Below, one piece after another: positions 29,735 to 32,000 of a stretch of DNA of 32,000 bases. The notes under the pieces were generated by a model. That model was not told the origin of the DNA and did not search any database. It was given only the letters and a program-made list of their open reading frames with translations. Positions within the stretch are counted from its first letter, which is position 1. The number at the start of each line of letters is the position of its first letter. This DNA comes from Polynucleobacter necessarius (GTDB lineage: Bacteria > Pseudomonadota > Gammaproteobacteria > Burkholderiales > Burkholderiaceae), in NCBI RefSeq assembly GCF_900095195.1, contig NZ_LT606950.1:90001-122000 (forward strand), written 5' to 3'. The translations under genes and the position numbers were made by a program.

Positions 29735-30262
29735 GTGAGAATCTTCTCTATGCTTTTATCCCAAAAACAGCCTAAGACCGACATTTCAAATTACTGTGTA
29801 ATTGAAGCTCCTTTTGGGCGCCTGGGAATCCAAACGGAAATGGTTGATGGGAGTCTAATGCTGTCGAAAATTGACTATCTTCCAAGAACCGTGGCTTTAT
29901 CAGCGCCTAAAAACCATCTTGCTAAAGAGGTAGATGGGCAGTGCAAGACCTATTTTAAGAACCTCGATTTTCAATTTGAATTGCCTATGAAGTTGCTGGG
30001 TACGGCGCATCAGCAGAGGGTTTGGAAGCGTGTTCGTGAAATACCGGCTGGTAAGGCGATAACCTATGGAGAGATTGCTGGCGCTATTAAAAGCGGCGCA
30101 CGAGCAGTAGGTACTGCTTGTGGTGCAAACCCTTATCCACTTATTACTCCATGTCATCGGGTGATTTCAGCTCAGGGCATTGGGGGCTTTATGAAAGAGG
30201 ATTCCCCAGGTTTTTATCGTCAAATCAAGATTTGGCTACTAAAGCATGAGGGAGTGCTTTAA
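29735..30262 (+). CDS. ogt: Methylated-DNA--protein-cysteine methyltransferase
   Basis: 175-aa ORF (GTG start; the alternative ATG at 29750 is possible). It has the active-site motif ITPCHRVI preceded by YGEIAGAI...RAVGTACGANP. Confidence 0.9.
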   Translation: MRIFSMLLSQKQPKTDISNYCVIEAPFGRLGIQTEMVDGSLMLSKIDYLPRTVALSAPKNHLAKEVDGQCKTYFKNLDFQFELPMKLLGTAHQQRVWKRVREIPAGKAITYGEIAGAIKSGARAVGTACGANPYPLITPCHRVISAQGIGGFMKEDSPGFYRQIKIWLLKHEGVL

Positions 30263-30265
30263 GAA

Positions 30266-31249
30266 TTAGATCGCCCTTCTGAGGGCGCCAGAGGCGATAT
30301 AAAAAAAGAGTTGCATCAATGTATTGCTTCTAACAGCAATTTTCGCAAAAGCGTAAAAAGTCATCACGGTTGCTCTCGTCAGCTTTACCTCATCTTTGTG
30401 ATCAAAGTGTTTACGGTTCGCAATTTTTGACAAAGTCATCACAGCAAGACCAAAGGCCAAGAAGCAGAAGCGCCTTATTCCGCCATCCCCTTCTGGTATC
30501 AGCAGGATGTATTGCAGTGATTCTTGAAGTTTTTGATAGGCGATTTGCAGTAGTGCGGCATGGCTGATACCAACCGGCTTCCAAGAGACTCCGCGTGCCC
30601 TATCCTCAGGGGAGTCTTTCAGAATATTGGTTATTTGCAGGGCTTGTCCAAAAGCAATAGCAAGCGGTTCATGTCCCTTAATATTTTTCAAAAACTCCTT
30701 TGAGTGATTGCTGAAAATCGTTGTGAGAAGTTCCCCCACCACCCCTGCAACAACATAGCAGTAATCTTCAAACTCACCCAGATCCTTTAGCCCCGCCTGA
30801 TTTTGTTTTCCATGAAAGCGCGACATTCCCTCCGACATGATGGAAACGCATCGAGCTACTGCTGCCCGATCCTGAATCGAGCAAGTGTGCAGAATTCTCA
30901 AGACCGTTGGCGTATTGATGATTAAATCCAGTTCATCTTGGTTGCCGTATGCATGGAGTTCTGTAAGACAAGGCTTAACAAATGATTGCACATCCGATTT
31001 TTCTAGAACTGCGTTGAGAAATAATCGAGACAGTTGTTGCTTTACCTCCGGCTTTAAGCCTGCCGCATCTTCGATAGTGTCGACGATGCGGCACAGGAGG
31101 TATGTATTGCCGACGACTTTCTCAACCTCAGGCGGCAGTAGGGGGATGGTTAGCGCAAATGTTCTCGAGACTGAGCCCAAAATAGCCTTTTGATAGGCTA
31201 AATCAGCGTCTCGGTTCTGGGCATTATTTGGGGCGAGTGTCTGCACCAA
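30266..31249 (-). CDS. Squalene/phytoene synthase family protein, single-enzyme squalene synthase (farnesyl-diphosphate farnesyltransferase) type
   Basis: 327-aa ORF with motifs SRTFALTIPLLP, YLLCRIVDTIED (DTxED), YCYVVAGVVGELLT and QITNILKDSPEDRARG (DxxED). These parallel the conserved SQS regions. Confidence 0.75.
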   Translation of the reverse strand: MVQTLAPNNAQNRDADLAYQKAILGSVSRTFALTIPLLPPEVEKVVGNTYLLCRIVDTIEDAAGLKPEVKQQLSRLFLNAVLEKSDVQSFVKPCLTELHAYGNQDELDLIINTPTVLRILHTCSIQDRAAVARCVSIMSEGMSRFHGKQNQAGLKDLGEFEDYCYVVAGVVGELLTTIFSNHSKEFLKNIKGHEPLAIAFGQALQITNILKDSPEDRARGVSWKPVGISHAALLQIAYQKLQESLQYILLIPEGDGGIRRFCFLAFGLAVMTLSKIANRKHFDHKDEVKLTRATVMTFYAFAKIAVRSNTLMQLFFYIASGALRRAI

Positions 31250-31349
31250 TGAATTATGTCAGACAGGCCCTAAATGAACCTCTATTTCCTTAGTATCAAA
31301 AGTGACATAGCCATATAATTTCACCAAATTCTGACAGGAGAAACAGGGC

Positions 31350-32000
31350 GTGTTGATTTGGTTCGTCATCGCTCATTGGGTCGTATCGGTCGGCATCGGC
31401 TTATGGGCAGCCTTGCGCGTGAAAAATACCGCTGACTTTGCAGCGGCAGGTCACAGTCTTCCGATGCCAATCGTGACGGCGACTGTGTTTGCTACTTGGT
31501 TTGGCTCAGAGACAATGTTAGGCATCCCTGCAACATTTTTAAAAGAGGGCTTGGGCGGGGTCGTGTCCGACCCTTTTGGATCCTCCCTATGTTTAATTTT
31601 AGTCGGTTTGTTTTTTGCGCGCCATCTCTACAACCGTCGAATGTTGACGATCGGCGATTTCTTTCGTGAAAAAATATGGCCGCACTGTTGAGGTATTAGT
31701 CACCCTTTGTATTGTGGTGTCCTACTTGGGTTGGGTTGCTGCACAAATTAAAGCACTTGGTTTGGTCTTTAACGTAGTATCAGAGGGCAGCATTTCTCAA
31801 ACTGGTGGCATGATGATTGGTGCCGCAAGCGTACGGATCTATACCTTATTTGGCGGTATGTGGTCAGCGGCAATCACTGACTTTATTCAAATGATCATCA
31901 TCGTGATTGGTATGTTGTATATCGGCGGGGAAATGACAACCCAAACAGGCGGCATTGGCGTAGTCATTGAACATGCCGCAGCAGCTGGTCAATGCAGCAA
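31350..32000 (+). pseudogene. Sodium:solute symporter (SSF) family gene with a +1 frameshift in an A6 run; the 3' end lies outside the window
   Basis: GTG 31350 gives MLIWFVIAHW...FATWFGSETMLGIPA...IGDFFREK, then IWPHC*. Removing one A from the A6 run (31669-31674) gives EKYGRTVEVLVTLCIVVSYLGWVAAQIKALGLVFN...GGMWSAAITDFIQMIIIVIG, open to the window end. Confidence 0.8.

Noticed and set aside
1-32000. A novel defence, toxin-antitoxin, CRISPR, prophage or mobile-element system
   Set aside because: Every ORF longer than about 150 aa is accounted for by a recognisable housekeeping or accessory family or by a fragment of one. I saw no repeat arrays, integrase or transposase-like ORFs, tRNA genes or flanking direct repeats. 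Claiming a new system here would be unsupported.
13340-32000. Explaining all frameshifts as homopolymer sequencing errors
   Set aside because: This is only partly tenable. The mutT, symporter and iorB-start indels are in A/T runs and could be artefacts. The two TAA substitutions, the GC dinucleotide insertion, the non-homopolymer indels (19786, 20688, 27862) and the pilB/pilC deletion of about 1 kb are not typical sequencing errors. It is kept as a caveat, not as the main explanation.

Overview
The window is a betaproteobacterial (Burkholderiaceae-type) core-genome segment of about 45% GC. The gene order and low GC suggest a Polynucleobacter-like organism, but this is inference and no database search was possible.

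Positions 1-14.7 kb hold the 3' two-thirds of the dcw division / cell-wall cluster: ftsI(partial)-murE-murF-mraY-murD-ftsW-murG-murC-ddl-ftsQ-ftsA-ftsZ. Most junctions are translationally coupled by ATGA, GTGA or TGATG overlaps.

The conserved neighbourhood follows: Prx5-type peroxiredoxin, lpxC, a DUF721-like gene (-), secA, an iorA/iorB-type 2Fe-2S + molybdopterin oxidoreductase pair, argJ, a DUF815-type ATPase and a mutT-like NUDIX gene. On the minus strand come zapD, coaE and pilD-pilC-pilB, then a CNNM/CorC transporter. The window ends with ogt, a squalene-synthase-family gene (-) and a sodium:solute symporter running off the edge.

I found no tRNA/rRNA, CRISPR array, IS element, integrase or recognisable defence or toxin system, and no convincing novel multi-gene system.

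The notable signal is gene decay. I can read about 12 independent inactivating lesions directly in the sequence (in-frame TAA stops, 1-2 nt indels, one about 1 kb deletion). They affect ftsZ, iorA, iorB, mutT (3' end), pilC, pilB and the symporter, while neighbouring housekeeping genes stay intact.

The most striking case is ftsZ. It carries a TAA at codon 8 and a 2-nt insertion inside the GGGTGTG GTP-binding signature, although all surrounding division and peptidoglycan genes and the ftsZ C-terminal tail are intact. This pattern fits a genome undergoing reductive evolution, such as a host-restricted symbiont. Read-level verification is needed to exclude sequence error.
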